Origin: Eledone cirrhosa
Taxonomy: Eukaryota
Assembly: GCA_964016885.1 (NCBI GenBank)
Contig: OZ024740.1
Location: 432,760,001 to 432,824,000, forward strand
DNA: 64,000 nt
Reading direction: 5' to 3'
Under the pieces are notes generated by a model, which was not told the DNA's origin, searched no databases, and saw nothing but the letters and a program-made list of their open reading frames with translations. Below, piece after piece: positions 28,301-42,639 of the stretch. The position numbers were made by a program, and so were the translations under genes. Every line of letters starts with the position of its first letter. Position 1 is the first letter of the stretch.

Positions 28301-31300
28301 AGTAAGAATGGAGACTTGATATGTAACAGAACCACAGAATCAGTAAGAATGGAGACTTGATATGTGACAGAACCACAGAAGCAGTAAGAATGGAGACTTG
28401 ATATGTGACAGAACTACAGAAGCAGTAAGAATGGAGACTTGATATGTGACAGAACCACACAATCAGTAAGAATGGAGACTTGATATGTGACAGAACCACA
28501 GAAGCAGGAAGAATGGAGACTTGATATGTGACAGAACTACAGAAGCAGTAAGAATGGAGACTTGATATGTGACAGAACCACACAATCAGTAAGAATGGAG
28601 ACTTGATATGTGACAGAACCACAGAAGCAGTAAGAATGGAGACTTGATATGTGACAGAACTACAGAAGCAGTAAGAATGGAGACTTGATATGTGACAGAA
28701 CCACACAATCAGTAAGAATGGAGACTTGATATGTGACAGAACTACAGAAGCAGTAAGAATGGAGACTTGATATGTGACAGAACCACAGAAGCAGTAAGAT
28801 TGGAGACTTGATATGTGACAGAACCACAGAATCAGTAAGAATGGAGACTTGATATGTGACAGAACCACACAATCAGTAATAATGGAGACTTGATATGTGA
28901 CAGAACCACACAATCAGTAAGAATGGAGACTTGATATGTGACAGAACCACAGAATCAGTAAAAATGGAGACTTGATATGTGACAGAACCACATAAGCAGT
29001 AAGAATGGAGACTTGATATGTGACAGAACCACACAATCAGTAAGAATGGAGACTTAATATGCGACAGAACCACAGAAGCAGGAAGAATGGAGACTTGATA
29101 TGTGACAGAACCACAGAAGCAGTAAGAATGGAGACTTGATATGTGACAGAACGACAGAAGCAGTAAGAATGGAGACTTGATATGTGACAGAACCACAGAA
29201 TCAGTAAGAATGGAGACTTGATATGTAACAGAACCACAGAAGCAGTAAGAATGGAGACTTGGTATGTGACAGAACCACAGAAGCAGTAAGAATGGAGACT
29301 TGATATGTAACAGAACCACACAATCAGTAAGAATGGAGACTTGATATGTGACAGAACCACACAAGCAGTAAGAATGGAGACTTGATATGTGACAGAACCA
29401 CAGAATCAGTAAGAATGGAGACTTGATATGTAACAGAACCACAGAAGCAGTAAGAATGGAGACTTGATATGTGACAGAACCACAGAATCAGTAAGAATGG
29501 AGACTTGATATGTGACAGAACCACAAAAGCAGTAAGAATGGAGACTTGATATGTAACAGAACCACAGAATCAGTAAGAATGGAGACTTGATATGTGACAG
29601 AACCACAGAATCAGTAAGAATGGAGACTTGATATGTGACAGAACCACAGAAGCAGTAAGAATGGAGACTTGATATGTGACAGAACCACAGAATCAGTAAG
29701 AATGGAGACTTGATATGTGACAGAACTACAGAAGCAGTAAGAATGGAGACTTGATATGTGACAGAACCACAGAATCAGTAAGAATGGAGACTTGATATGT
29801 GACAGAACCACAGAATCAGTAAGAATGGAGACTTGGTATGTGACAGAACCAGATAAGCAGTAAGAATGGAGACTTGATATGTGACAGAACCACAGAAGCA
29901 GTAAGAATGGAGACTTGATATGTGACAGAACCACAGAAGCAGTAAGAATGGAGACTTGGTATGTGACAGAACCACATAAGCAGTAAGAATGGAGACTTGA
30001 TATGTGACAGAACCACAGAAGCAGTAAGAATGGAGACTTGATATGTGACAGAACCACACAATCAGTAAGAATGGAGACTTGATATGTGACAGAACCACAG
30101 AAGCAGTAAGAATGGAGACTTGGTATGTGACAGAACCACAGAAGCAGTAAGAATGGAGACTTGGTATGTGACAGAACCACAGAAGCAGTAAGAATGGAGA
30201 CTTGATATGTGACAGAACCACAGAATCAGTAAAAATGGAGACTTGATATGTGACAGAACCACATAAGCAGTAAGAATGGAGACTTGATATGTCACAGAAC
30301 CACAGAATCAGTAAGAATGGAGACTTAATATGCGACAGAACCACAGAAGCAGGAAGAATGGAGACTTGATATGTGACAGAACCACAGAAGCAGTAAGTAT
30401 GGAGACTTGATATGTGACAGAACGACAGAAGCAGTAAGAATGGAGACTTGATATGTGACAGAACCACAGAATCAGTAAGAATGGAGACTTGATATGTAAC
30501 AGAACCACAGAAGCAGTGAGAATGGAGACTTGGTATGTGACAGAACCACAGAAGCAGTAAGAATGGAGACTTGATATGTAACAGAACCACACAATCAGTA
30601 AGAATGGAGACTTGATATGTGACAGAACCACACAAGCAGTAAGAATGGAGACTTGATATGTGACAGAACCACAGAATCAGTAAGAATGGAGACTTGATAT
30701 GTAACAGAACCACAGAAGCAGTAAGAATGGAGACTTGATATGTGACAGAACCACAGAATCAGTAAGAATGGAGACTTGATATGTGACAGAACCACAAAAG
30801 CAGTAAGAATGGAGACTTGATATGTAACAGAACCACAGAATCAGTAAGAATGGAGACTTGATATGTGACAGAACCACAGAATCAGTAAGAATGGAGACTT
30901 GATATGTGACAGAACCACAGAAGCAGTAAGAATGGAGACTTGATATGTGACAGAACCACAGAATCAGTAAGAATGGAGACTTGATATGTGACAGAACTAC
31001 AGAAGCAGTAAGAATGGAGACTTGATATGTGACAGAACCACAGAAGCAGTAAGAATGGGGACTTGATATGTGACAGAACCACAGAAGCAGTAAGAATGGA
31101 GAGTTGATATGTGACAGAACCACACAATCAGTAAGAATGGAGACTTGATATGTGACAGAACCACAGAAGCAGTAAGAATGGAGAGTTGATATGTGACAGA
31201 ACCACAGAATCAGTAAGAATGGAGACTTGATATGTGACAGAACCACACAATCAGTAACAATGGAGACTTGATATGTGACAGAACTACAGAAGCAGTAAGA

Positions 31301-34300
31301 TTGGAGACTTGATATGTGACAGAACCACAGAATCAGTAAGAATGGAGACTTGATATGTGACAGAACCACAGAATCAGTAAGAATGGAGACTTGATATGTG
31401 ACAGAACCACAGAAGCAGTAAGAATGGAGACTTGATATGTGACAGAACCACAGAAGCAGTAAGAATGGAGACTTGATATGTGACAGAACCACAGAAGCAG
31501 TAAGAATGGAGACTTGATATGTGACAGAACTACAGAAGCAGTAAGAATGGAGACTTGATATGTGACAGAACCACACAATCAGTAAGAATGGAGACTTGAT
31601 ATGTGACAGAACCACAGAAGCAGTAAGAATGGAGACTTGATATGTGACAGAACTACAGAAGCAGTAAGAATGGAGACTTGATATGTGACAGAACCACACA
31701 ATCAGTAAGAATGGAGACTTGATATGTGACAGAACCACAGAAGCAGTAAGAATGGAGACTTGATATGTGACAGAACTACAGAAGCAGTAAGAATGGAGAC
31801 TTGATATGTGACAGAACCACACAATCAGTAAGAATGGAGACTTGATATGTGACAGAACCACAGAAGCAGTAAGAATGGAGACTTGATATGTGACAGAACT
31901 ACAGAAGCAGTAAGAATGGAGACTTGATATGTGACAGAACCACACAATCAGTAAGAATGGAGACTTGATATGTGACAGAACTACAGAAGCAGTAAGAATG
32001 GAGACTTGATATGTGACAGAACCACAGAAGCAGTAAGATTGGAGACTTGATATGTGACAGAACCACAGAATCAGTAAGAATGGAGACTTGATATGTGACA
32101 GAACCACACAATCAGTAATAATGGAGACTTGATATGTGACAGAACCACACAATCAGTAAAAATGGAGACTTGATATGTGACAGAACCACAGAATCAGTAA
32201 AAATGGAGACTTGATATGTGACAGAACCACATAAGCAGTAAGAATGGAGACTTGATATGTGACAGAACCACACAATCAGTAAGAATGGAGACTTAATATG
32301 CGACAGAACCACAGAAGCAGGAAGAATGGAGACTTGATATGTGACAGAACCACAGAAGCAGTAAGAATGGAGACTTGATATGTGACAGAACGACAGAAGC
32401 AGTAAGAATGGAGACTTGATATGTGACAGAACCACAGAATCAGTAAGAATGGAGACTTGATATGTAACAGAACCACAGAAGCAGTAAGAATGGAGACTTG
32501 GTATGTGACAGAACCACAGAAGCAGTAAGAATGGAGACTTGATATGTAACAGAACCACACAATCAGTAAGAATGGAGACTTGATATGTGACAGAACCACA
32601 CAAGCACTAAGAATGGAGACTTGATATGTGACAGAACCACAGAATCAGTAAGAATGGAGACTTGATATGTAACAGAACCACAGAAGCAGTAAGAATGGAG
32701 ACTTGATATGTGACAGAACCACAGAATCAGTAAGAATGGAGACTTGATATGTGACAGAACCACAAAAGCAGTAAGAATGGAGACTTGATATGTAACAGAA
32801 CCACAGAATCAGTAAGAATGGAGACTTGATATGTGACAGAACCACAGAATCAGTAAGAATGGAGACTTGATATGTGACAGAACCACAGAAGCAGTAAGAA
32901 TGGAGACTTGATATGTGACAGAACCACAGAATCAGTAAGAATGGAGACTTGATATGTGACAGAACTACAGAAGCAGTAAGAATGGAGACTTGATATGTGA
33001 CAGAACCACAGAATCAGTAAGAATGGAGACTTGATATGTGACAGAACCACAGAATCAGTAAGAATGGAGACTTGGTATGTGACAGAACCAGATAAGCAGT
33101 AAGAATGGAGACTTGATATGTGACAGAACCACAGAAGCAGTAAGAATGGAGACTTGATATGTGACAGAACCACAGAAGCAGTAAGAATGGAGACTTGGTA
33201 TGTGACAGAACCACATAAGCAGTAAGAATGGAGACTTGATATGTGACAGAACCACAGAAGCAGTAAGAATGGAGACTTGATATGTGACAGAACCACACAA
33301 TCAGTAAGAATGGAGACTTGATATGTGACAGAACCACAGAAGCAGTAAGAATGGAGACTTGGTATGTGACAGAACCACAGAAGCAGTAAGAATGGAGACT
33401 TGGTATGTGACAGAACCACAGAAGCAGTAAGAATGGAGACTTGATATGTGACAGAACCACAGAATCAGTAAAAATGGAGACTTGATATGTGACAGAACCA
33501 CATAAGCAGTAAGAATGGAGACTTGATATGTCACAGAACCACAGAATCAGTAAGAATGGAGACTTAATATGCGACAGAACCACAGAAGCAGGAAGAATGG
33601 AGACTTGATATGTGACAGAACCACAGAAGCAGTAAGTATGGAGACTTGATATGTGACAGAACGACAGAAGCAGTAAGAATGGAGACTTGATATGTGACAG
33701 AACCACAGAATCAGTAAGAATGGAGACTTGATATGTAACAGAACCACAGAAGCAGTGAGAATGGAGACTTGGTATGTGACAGAACCACAGAAGCAGTAAG
33801 AATGGAGACTTGATATGTAACAGAACCACACAATCAGTAAGAATGGAGACTTGATATGTGACAGAACCACACAAGCAGTAAGAATGGAGACTTGATATGT
33901 GACAGAACCACAGAATCAGTAAGAATGGAGACTTGATATGTAACAGAACCACAGAAGCAGTAAGAATGGAGACTTGATATGTGACAGAACCACAGAATCA
34001 GTAAGAATGGAGACTTGATATGTGACAGAACCACAAAAGCAGTAAGAATGGAGACTTGATATGTAACAGAACCACAGAATCAGTAAGAATGGAGACTTGA
34101 TATGTGACAGAACCACAGAATCAGTAAGAATGGAGACTTGATATGTGACAGAACCACAGAAGCAGTAAGAATGGAGACTTGATATGTGACAGAACCACAG
34201 AATCAGTAAGAATGGAGACTTGATATGTGACAGAACTACAGAAGCAGTAAGAATGGAGACTTGATATGTGACAGAACCACAGAAGCAGTAAGAATGGGGA

Positions 34301-37300
34301 CTTGATATGTGACAGAACCACAGAAGCAGTAAGAATGGAGAGTTGATATGTGACAGAACCACACAATCAGTAAGAATGGAGACTTGATATGTGACAGAAC
34401 CACAGAAGCAGTAAGAATGGAGAGTTGATATGTGACAGAACCACAGAATCAGTAAGAATGGAGACTTGATATGTGACAGAACCACACAATCAGTAACAAT
34501 GGAGACTTGATATGTGACAGAACTACAGAAGCAGTAAGATTGGAGACTTGATATGTGACAGAACCACAGAATCAGTAAGAATGGAGACTTGATATGTGAC
34601 AGAACCACAGAATCAGTAAGAATGGAGACTTGATATGTGACAGAACCACAGAAGCAGTAAGAATGGAGACTTGATATGTGACAGAACCACAGAAGCAGTA
34701 AGAATGGAGACTTGATATGTGACAGAACCACAGAAGCAGTAAGAATGGAGACTTGATATGTGACAGAACTACAGAAGCAGTAAGAATGGAGACTTGATAT
34801 GTGACAGAACCACACAATCAGTAAGAATGGAGACTTGATATGTGACAGAACCACAGAAGCAGTAAGAATGGAGACTTGATATGTGACAGAACTACAGAAG
34901 TAGTAAGAATGGAGACTTGATATGTGACAGAACCACACAATCAGTAAGAATGGAGACTTGATATGTGACAGAACCACAGAAGCAGTAAGAATGGAGACTT
35001 GATATGTGACAGAACTACAGAAGCAGTAAGAATGGAGACTTGATATGTGACAGAACCACACAATCAGTAAGAATGGAGACTTGATATGTGACAGAACCAC
35101 AGAAGCAGTAAGAATGGAGACTTGATATGTGACAGAACTACAGAAGCAGTAAGAATGGAGACTTGATATGTGACAGAACCACACAATCAGTAAGAATGGA
35201 GACTTGATATGTGACAGAACTACAGAAGCAGTAAGAATGGAGACTTGATATGTGACAGAACCACAGAAGCAGTAAGATTGGAGACTTGATATGTGACAGA
35301 ACCACAGAATCAGTAAGAATGGAGACTTGATATGTGACAGAACCACACAATCAGTAATAATGGAGACTTGATATGTGACAGAACCACACAATCAGTAAGA
35401 ATGGAGACTTGATATGTGACAGAACCACAGAATCAGTAAAAATGGAGACTTGATATGTGACAGAACCACATAAGCAGTAAGAATGGAGACTTGATATGTG
35501 ACAGAACCACACAATCAGTAAGAATGGAGACTTAATATGCGACAGAACCACAGAAGCAGGAAGAATGGTGACTTGATATGTGACAGAACCACAGAAGCAG
35601 TAAGAATGGAGACTTGATATGTGACAGAACGACAGAAGCAGTAAGAATGGAGACTTGATATGTGACAGAACCACAGAATCAGTAAGAATGGAGACTTGAT
35701 ATGTAACAGAACCACAGAAGCAGTAAGAATGGAGACATGGTATGTGACAGAACCACAGAAGCAGTAAGAATGGAGACTTGATATGTAACAGAACCACACA
35801 ATCAGTAAGAATGGAGACTTGATATGTGACAGAACCACACAAGCACTAAGAATGGAGACTTGATATGTGACAGAACCACAGAATCAGTAAGAATGGAGAC
35901 TTGATATGTAACAGAACCACAGAAGCAGTAAGAATGGAGACTTGATATGTGACAGAACCACAGAATCAGTAAGAATGGAGACTTGATATGTGACAGAACC
36001 ACAAAAGCAGTAAGAATGGAGACTTGATATGTAACAGAACCACACAATCAGTAAGAATGGAGACTTGATATGTGACAGAACCACAGAATCAGTAAGAATG
36101 GAGACTTGATATGTGACAGAACCACAGAAGCAGTAAGAATGGAGACTTGATATGTGACAGAACCACAGAATCAGTAAGAATGGAGACTTGATATGTGACA
36201 GAACTACAGAAGCAGTAAGAATGGAGACTTGATATGTGACAGAACCACAGAATCAGTAAGAATGGAGACTTGATATGTGACAGAACCACAGAATCAGTAA
36301 GAATGGAGACTTGGTATGTGACAGAACCAGATAAGCAGTAAGAATGGAGACTTGATATGTGACAGAACCACAGAAGCAGTAAGAATGGAGACTTGATATG
36401 TGACAGAACCACAGAAGCAGTAAGAATGGAGACTTGGTATGTGACAGAACCACATAAGCAGTAAGAATGGAGACTTGATATGTGACAGAACCACAGAAGC
36501 AGTAAGAATGGAGACTTGATATGTGACAGAACCACACAATCAGTAAGAATGGAGACTTGATATGTGACAGAACCACAGAAGCAGTAAGAATGGAGACTTG
36601 GTATGTGACAGAACCACAGAAGCAGTAAGAATGGAGACTTGGTATGTGACAGAACCACAGAAGCAGTAAGAATGGAGACTTGATATGTGACAGAACCACA
36701 GAATCAGTAAAAATGGAGACTTGATATGTGACAGAACCACATAAGCAGTAAGAATGGAGACTTGATATGTCACAGAACCACAGAATCAGTAAGAATGGAG
36801 ACTTAATATGCGACAGAACCACAGAAGCAGGAAGAATGGAGACTTGATATGTGACAGAACCACAGAAGCAGTAAGTATGGAGACTTGATATGTGACAGAA
36901 CGACAGAAGCAGTAAGAATGGAGACTTGATATGTGACAGAACCACAGAATCAGTAAGAATGGAGACTTGATATGTAACAGAACCACAGAAGCAGTGAGAA
37001 TGGAGACTTGGTATGTGACAGAACCACAGAAGCAGTAAGAATGGAGACTTGATATGTAACAGAACCACACAATCAGTAAGAATGGAGACTTGATATGTGA
37101 CAGAACCACACAAGCAGTAAGAATGGAGACTTGATATGTGACAGAACCACAGAATCAGTAAGAATGGAGACTTGATATGTAACAGAACCACAGAAGCAGT
37201 AAGAATGGAGACTTGATATGTGACAGAACCACAGAATCAGTAAGAATGGAGACTTGATATGTGACAGAACCACAAAAGCAGTAAGAATGGAGACTTGATA

Positions 37301-40230
37301 TGTAACAGAACCACAGAATCAGTAAGAATGGAGACTTGATATGTGACAGAACCACAGAATCAGTAAGAATGGAGACTTGATATGTGACAGAACCACAGAA
37401 GCAGTAAGAATGGAGACTTGATATGTGACAGAACCACAGAATCAGTAAGAATGGAGACTTGATATGTGACAGAACTACAGAAGCAGTAAGAATGGAGACT
37501 TGATATGTGACAGAACCACAGAAGCAGTAAGAATGGGGACTTGATATGTGACAGAACCACAGAAGCAGTAAGAATGGAGAGTTGATATGTGACAGAACCA
37601 CACAATCAGTAAGAATGGAGACTTGATATGTGACAGAACCACAGAAGCAGTAAGAATGGAGAGTTGATATGTGACAGAACCACAGAATCAGTAAGAATGG
37701 AGACTTGATATGTGACAGAACCACACAATCAGTAACAATGGAGACTTGATATGTGACAGAACTACAGAAGCAGTAAGATTGGAGACTTGATATGTGACAG
37801 AACCACAGAATCAGTAAGAATGGAGACTTGATATGTGACAGAACCACAGAATCAGTAAGAATGGAGACTTGATATGTGACAGAACCACAGAAGCAGTAAG
37901 AATGGAGACTTGATATGTGACAGAACCACAGAAGCAGTAAGAATGGAGACTTGATATGTGACAGAACCACAGAAGCAGTAAGAATGGAGACTTGATATGT
38001 GACAGAACTACAGAAGCAGTAAGAATGGAGACTTGATATGTGACAGAACCACACAATCAGTAAGAATGGAGACTTGATATGTGACAGAACCACAGAAGCA
38101 GTAAGAATGGAGACTTGATATGTGACAGAACTACAGAAGCAGTAAGAATGGAGACTTGATATGTGACAGAACCACACAATCAGTAAGAATGGAGACTTGA
38201 TATGTGACAGAACCACAGAAGCAGTAAGAATGGAGACTTGATATGTGACAGAACTACAGAAGCAGTAAGAATGGAGACTTGATATGTGACAGAACCACAC
38301 AATCAGTAAGAATGGAGACTTGATATGTGACAGAACCACAGAAGCAGTAAGAATGGAGACTTGATATGTGACAGAACTACAGAAGCAGTAAGAATGGAGA
38401 CTTGATATGTGACAGAACCACACAATCAGTAAGAATGGAGACTTGATATGTGACAGAACTACAGAAGCAGTAAGAATGGAGACTTGATATGTGACAGAAC
38501 CACAGAAGCAGTAAGATTGGAGACTTGATATGTGACAGAACCACAGAATCAGTAAGAATGGAGACTTGATATGTGACAGAACCACACAATCAGTAAGAAT
38601 GGAGACTTGATATGTGACAGAACCACACAATCAGTAAGAATGGAGACTTGATATGTGACAGAACCACAGAATCAGTAAAAATGGAGACTTGATATGTGAC
38701 AGAACCACATAAGCAGTAAGAATGGAGACTTGATATGTGACAGAACCACACAATCAGTAAGAATGGAGACTTAATATGCGACAGAACCACAGAAGCAGGA
38801 AGAATGGAGACTTGATATGTGACAGAACCACAGAAGCAGTAAGAATGGAGACTTGATATGTGACAGAACGACAGAAGCAGTAAGAATGGAGACTTGATAT
38901 GTGACAGAACCACAGAATCAGTAAGAATGGAGACTTGATATGTAACAGAACCACAGAAGCAGTAAGAATGGAGACTTGGTATGTGACAGAACCACAGAAG
39001 CAGTAAGAATGGAGACTTGATATGTAACAGAACCACACAATCAGTAAGAATGGAGACTTGATATGTGACAGAACCACACAAGCACTAAGAATGGAGACTT
39101 GATATGTGACAGAACCACAGAATCAGTAAGAATGGAGACTTGATATGTAACAGAACCACAGAAGCAGTAAGAATGGAGACTTGATATGTGACAGAACCAC
39201 AGAATCAGTAAGAATGGAGACTTGATATGTGACAGAACCACAAAAGCAGTAAGAATGGAGACTTGATATGTAACAGAACCACAGAATCAGTAAGAATGGA
39301 GACTTGATATGTGACAGAACCACAGAATCAGTAAGAATGGAGACTTGATATGTGACAGAACCACAGAAGCAGTAAGAATGGAGACTTGATATGTGACAGA
39401 ACCACAGAATCAGTAAGAATGGAGACTTGATATGTGACAGAACTACAGAAGCAGTAAGAATGGAGACTTGATATGTGACAGAACCACAGAATCAGTAAGA
39501 ATGGAGACTTGATATGTGACAGAACCACAGAATCAGTAAGAATGGAGACTTGGTATGTGACAGAACCAGATAAGCAGTAAGAATGGAGACTTGATATGTG
39601 ACAGAACCACAGAAGCAGTAAGAATGGAGACTTGATATGTGACAGAACCACAGAAGCAGTAAGAATGGAGACTTGGTATGTGACAGAACCACATAAGCAG
39701 TAAGAATGGAGACTTGATATGTGACAGAACCACAGAAGCAGTAAGAATGGAGACTTGATATGTGACAGAACCACACAATCAGTAAGAATGGAGACTTGAT
39801 ATGTGACAGAACCACAGAAGCAGTAAGAATGGAGACTTGGTATGTGACAGAACCACAGAAGCAGTAAGAATGGAGACTTGGTATGTGACAGAACCACAGA
39901 AGCAGTAAGAATGGAGACTTGATATGTAACAGAACCACACAATCAGTAAGAATGGAGACTTGATATGTGACAGAACCACACAAGCAGTAAGAATGGAGAC
40001 TTGATATGTGACAGAACCACAGAATCAGTAAGAATGGAGACTTGATATGTAACAGAACCACAGAAGCAGTAAGAATGGAGACTTGATATGTGACAGAACC
40101 ACAGAATCAGTAAGAATGGAGACTTGATATGTGACAGAACCACAAAAGCAGTAAGAATGGAGACTTGATATGTAACAGAACCACAGAATCAGTAAGAATG
40201 GAGACTTGATATGTGACAGAACCACAGAAT
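23502..40230. repeat. Sub-domain B: 79-monomer (3,239 bp) HOR with four full copies, one 52-mer variant and one partial copy
   Basis: The same variant string recurs at +3239: 24240->27479, 29611->32850->36089->39328, 30677->33916->37155. The marker AATGGGGAC is at ~25683, ~31054, ~34293 and ~37532. The segment 26741-28872 is 2132 bp = 52x41. Confidence 0.9.
26159..26620. repeat. Representative 123-bp trimer run (CTACAGAAG / CCACACAAT / CCACAGAAG monomer types)
   Basis: Three monomer types cycle about four times. Equivalent runs occur at ~15420-15880, ~21730-22190, ~31530-31990, ~34770-35230, ~38010-38470, ~42190-42610, ~44940-45360 and ~46050-46460, with their +5004 copies. Confidence 0.85.
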
Positions 40231-42639
40231 CAGTAAGAATGGAGACTTGATATGTGACAGAACCACAGAAGAAGTAAGAATGGAGACTTGATATGTGACA
40301 GAACCACAGAATCAGTAAGAATGGAGACTTGATATCTGACAGAACTACAGAAGCAGTAAGAATGGAGACTTGATATGTGACAGAACCACAGAATCAGTAA
40401 GAATGGAGACTTGATATGTGACAGAACCACAGAATCAGTAAGAATGGAGACTTGGTATGTGACAGAACCAGATAAGCAGTAAGAATGGAGACTTGATATG
40501 TGACAGAACCACAGAAGCAGTAAGAATGGAGACTTGGTATGTGACAGAACCACATGAGCAGTAAGAATGGAGACTTGATATGTGACAGAACCACAGAAGC
40601 AGTAAGAATGGAGACTTGATATGTGACAGAACCACACAATCAGTAAGAATGGAGACTTGATGTGTGACAGAACCACAGAAGCAGTAAGAATGGAGACTTG
40701 GTATGTGACAGAACCACAGAAGCAGTAAGAATGGGGACTTGGTATGTGACAGAACCACAGAAGCAGTAAGAATGGAGACTTGATATGTGACAGAACCACA
40801 GAATCAGTAAAAATGGAGACTTGATATGTGACAGAACCACATAAGCAGTAAGAATGGAGACTTGATATGTCACAGAACCACAGAATCAGTAAGAATGGAG
40901 ACTTAATATGCGACAGAACCACAGAAGCAGGAAGAATGGAGACTTGATATGTGACAGAACCACAGAAGCAGTAAGTATGGAGACTTGATATGTGACAGAA
41001 CGACAGAAGCAGTAAGAATGGAGACTTGATATGTGACAGAACCACAGAATCAGTAAGAATGGAGACTTGATATGTAACAGAACCACAGAAGCAGTGAGAA
41101 TGGAGACTTGGTATGTGACAGAACCACAGAAGCAGTAAGAATGGAGACTTGATATGTGACAGAACCACAGAAGCAGTAAGAATGGAGACTTGATATGTGA
41201 CAGAACCACAGAAGCAGTAAGAATGGAGACTTGATATGTGACAGAACCACAGAAGCAGTAAGAATGGAGACTTGATATGTAACAGAACCACACAATCAGT
41301 AAGAATGGAGACTTGATATGTGACAGAACCACACAAGCAGTAAGAATGGAGACTTGATATGTGACAGAACCACAGAATCAGTAAGAATGGAGACTTGATA
41401 TGTAACAGAACCACAGAAGCAGTAAGAATGGAGACTTGATATGTGACAGAACCACAGAATCAGTAAGAATGGAGACTTGATATGTGACAGAACCACAAAA
41501 GCAGTAAGAATGGAGACTTGATATGTAACAGAACCACAGAATCAGTAAGAATGGAGACTTGATATGTGACAGAACCACAGAATCAGTAACAATGGAGACT
41601 TGATATGTGACAGAACCACAGAAGCAGTAAGAATGGAGACTTGATATGTGACAGAACCACAGAATCAGTAAGAATGGAGACTTGATATGTGACAGAACTA
41701 CAGAAGCAGTAAGAATGGAGACTTGATATGTGACAGAACCACAGAAGCAGTAAGAATGGAGACTTGATATGTGACAGAACCACAGAAGCAGTAAGAATGG
41801 AGAGTTGATATGTGACAGAACCACACAATCGGTAAGAATGGAGACTTGATATGTGACAGAACCACAGAAGCAGTAAGAATGGAGAGTTGATATGTGACAG
41901 AACCACAGAAGCAGTAAGAATGGAGACTTGATATGTGACAGAACCACAGAATCAGTAAGAATGGAGACTTGATATGTGACAGAACCACACAATCAGTAAC
42001 AATGGAGACTTGATATGTGACAGAACTACAGAAGCAGTAAGATTGGAGACTTGATATGTGACAGAACCACAGAATCAGTAAGAATGGAGACTTGATATGT
42101 GACAGAACCACAGAATCAGTAAGAATGGAGACTTGATATGTGACAGAACCACAGAAGCAGTAAGAATGGAGACTTGATATGTGACAGAACCACACAATCA
42201 GTAAGAATGGAGACTTGATATGTGACAGAACCACAGAAGCAGTAAGAATGGAGACTTGATATGTGACAGAACTACAGAAGCAGTAAGAATGGAGACTTGA
42301 TATGTGACAGAACCACACAATCAGTAAGAATGGAGACTTGATATGTGACAGAACCACAGAAGCAGTAAGAATGGAGACTTGATATGTGACAGAACTACAG
42401 AAGCAGTAAGAATGGAGACTTGATATGTGACAGAACCACACAATCAGTAAGAATGGAGACTTGATATGTGACAGAACCACAGAAGCAGTAAGAATGGAGA
42501 CTTGATATGTGACAGAACTACAGAAGCAGTAAGAATGGAGACTTGATATGTGACAGAACCACACAATCAGGAAGAATGGAGACTTGATATGTGACAGAAC
42601 TACAGAAGCAGTAAGAATGGAGACTTGATATGTGACAGA

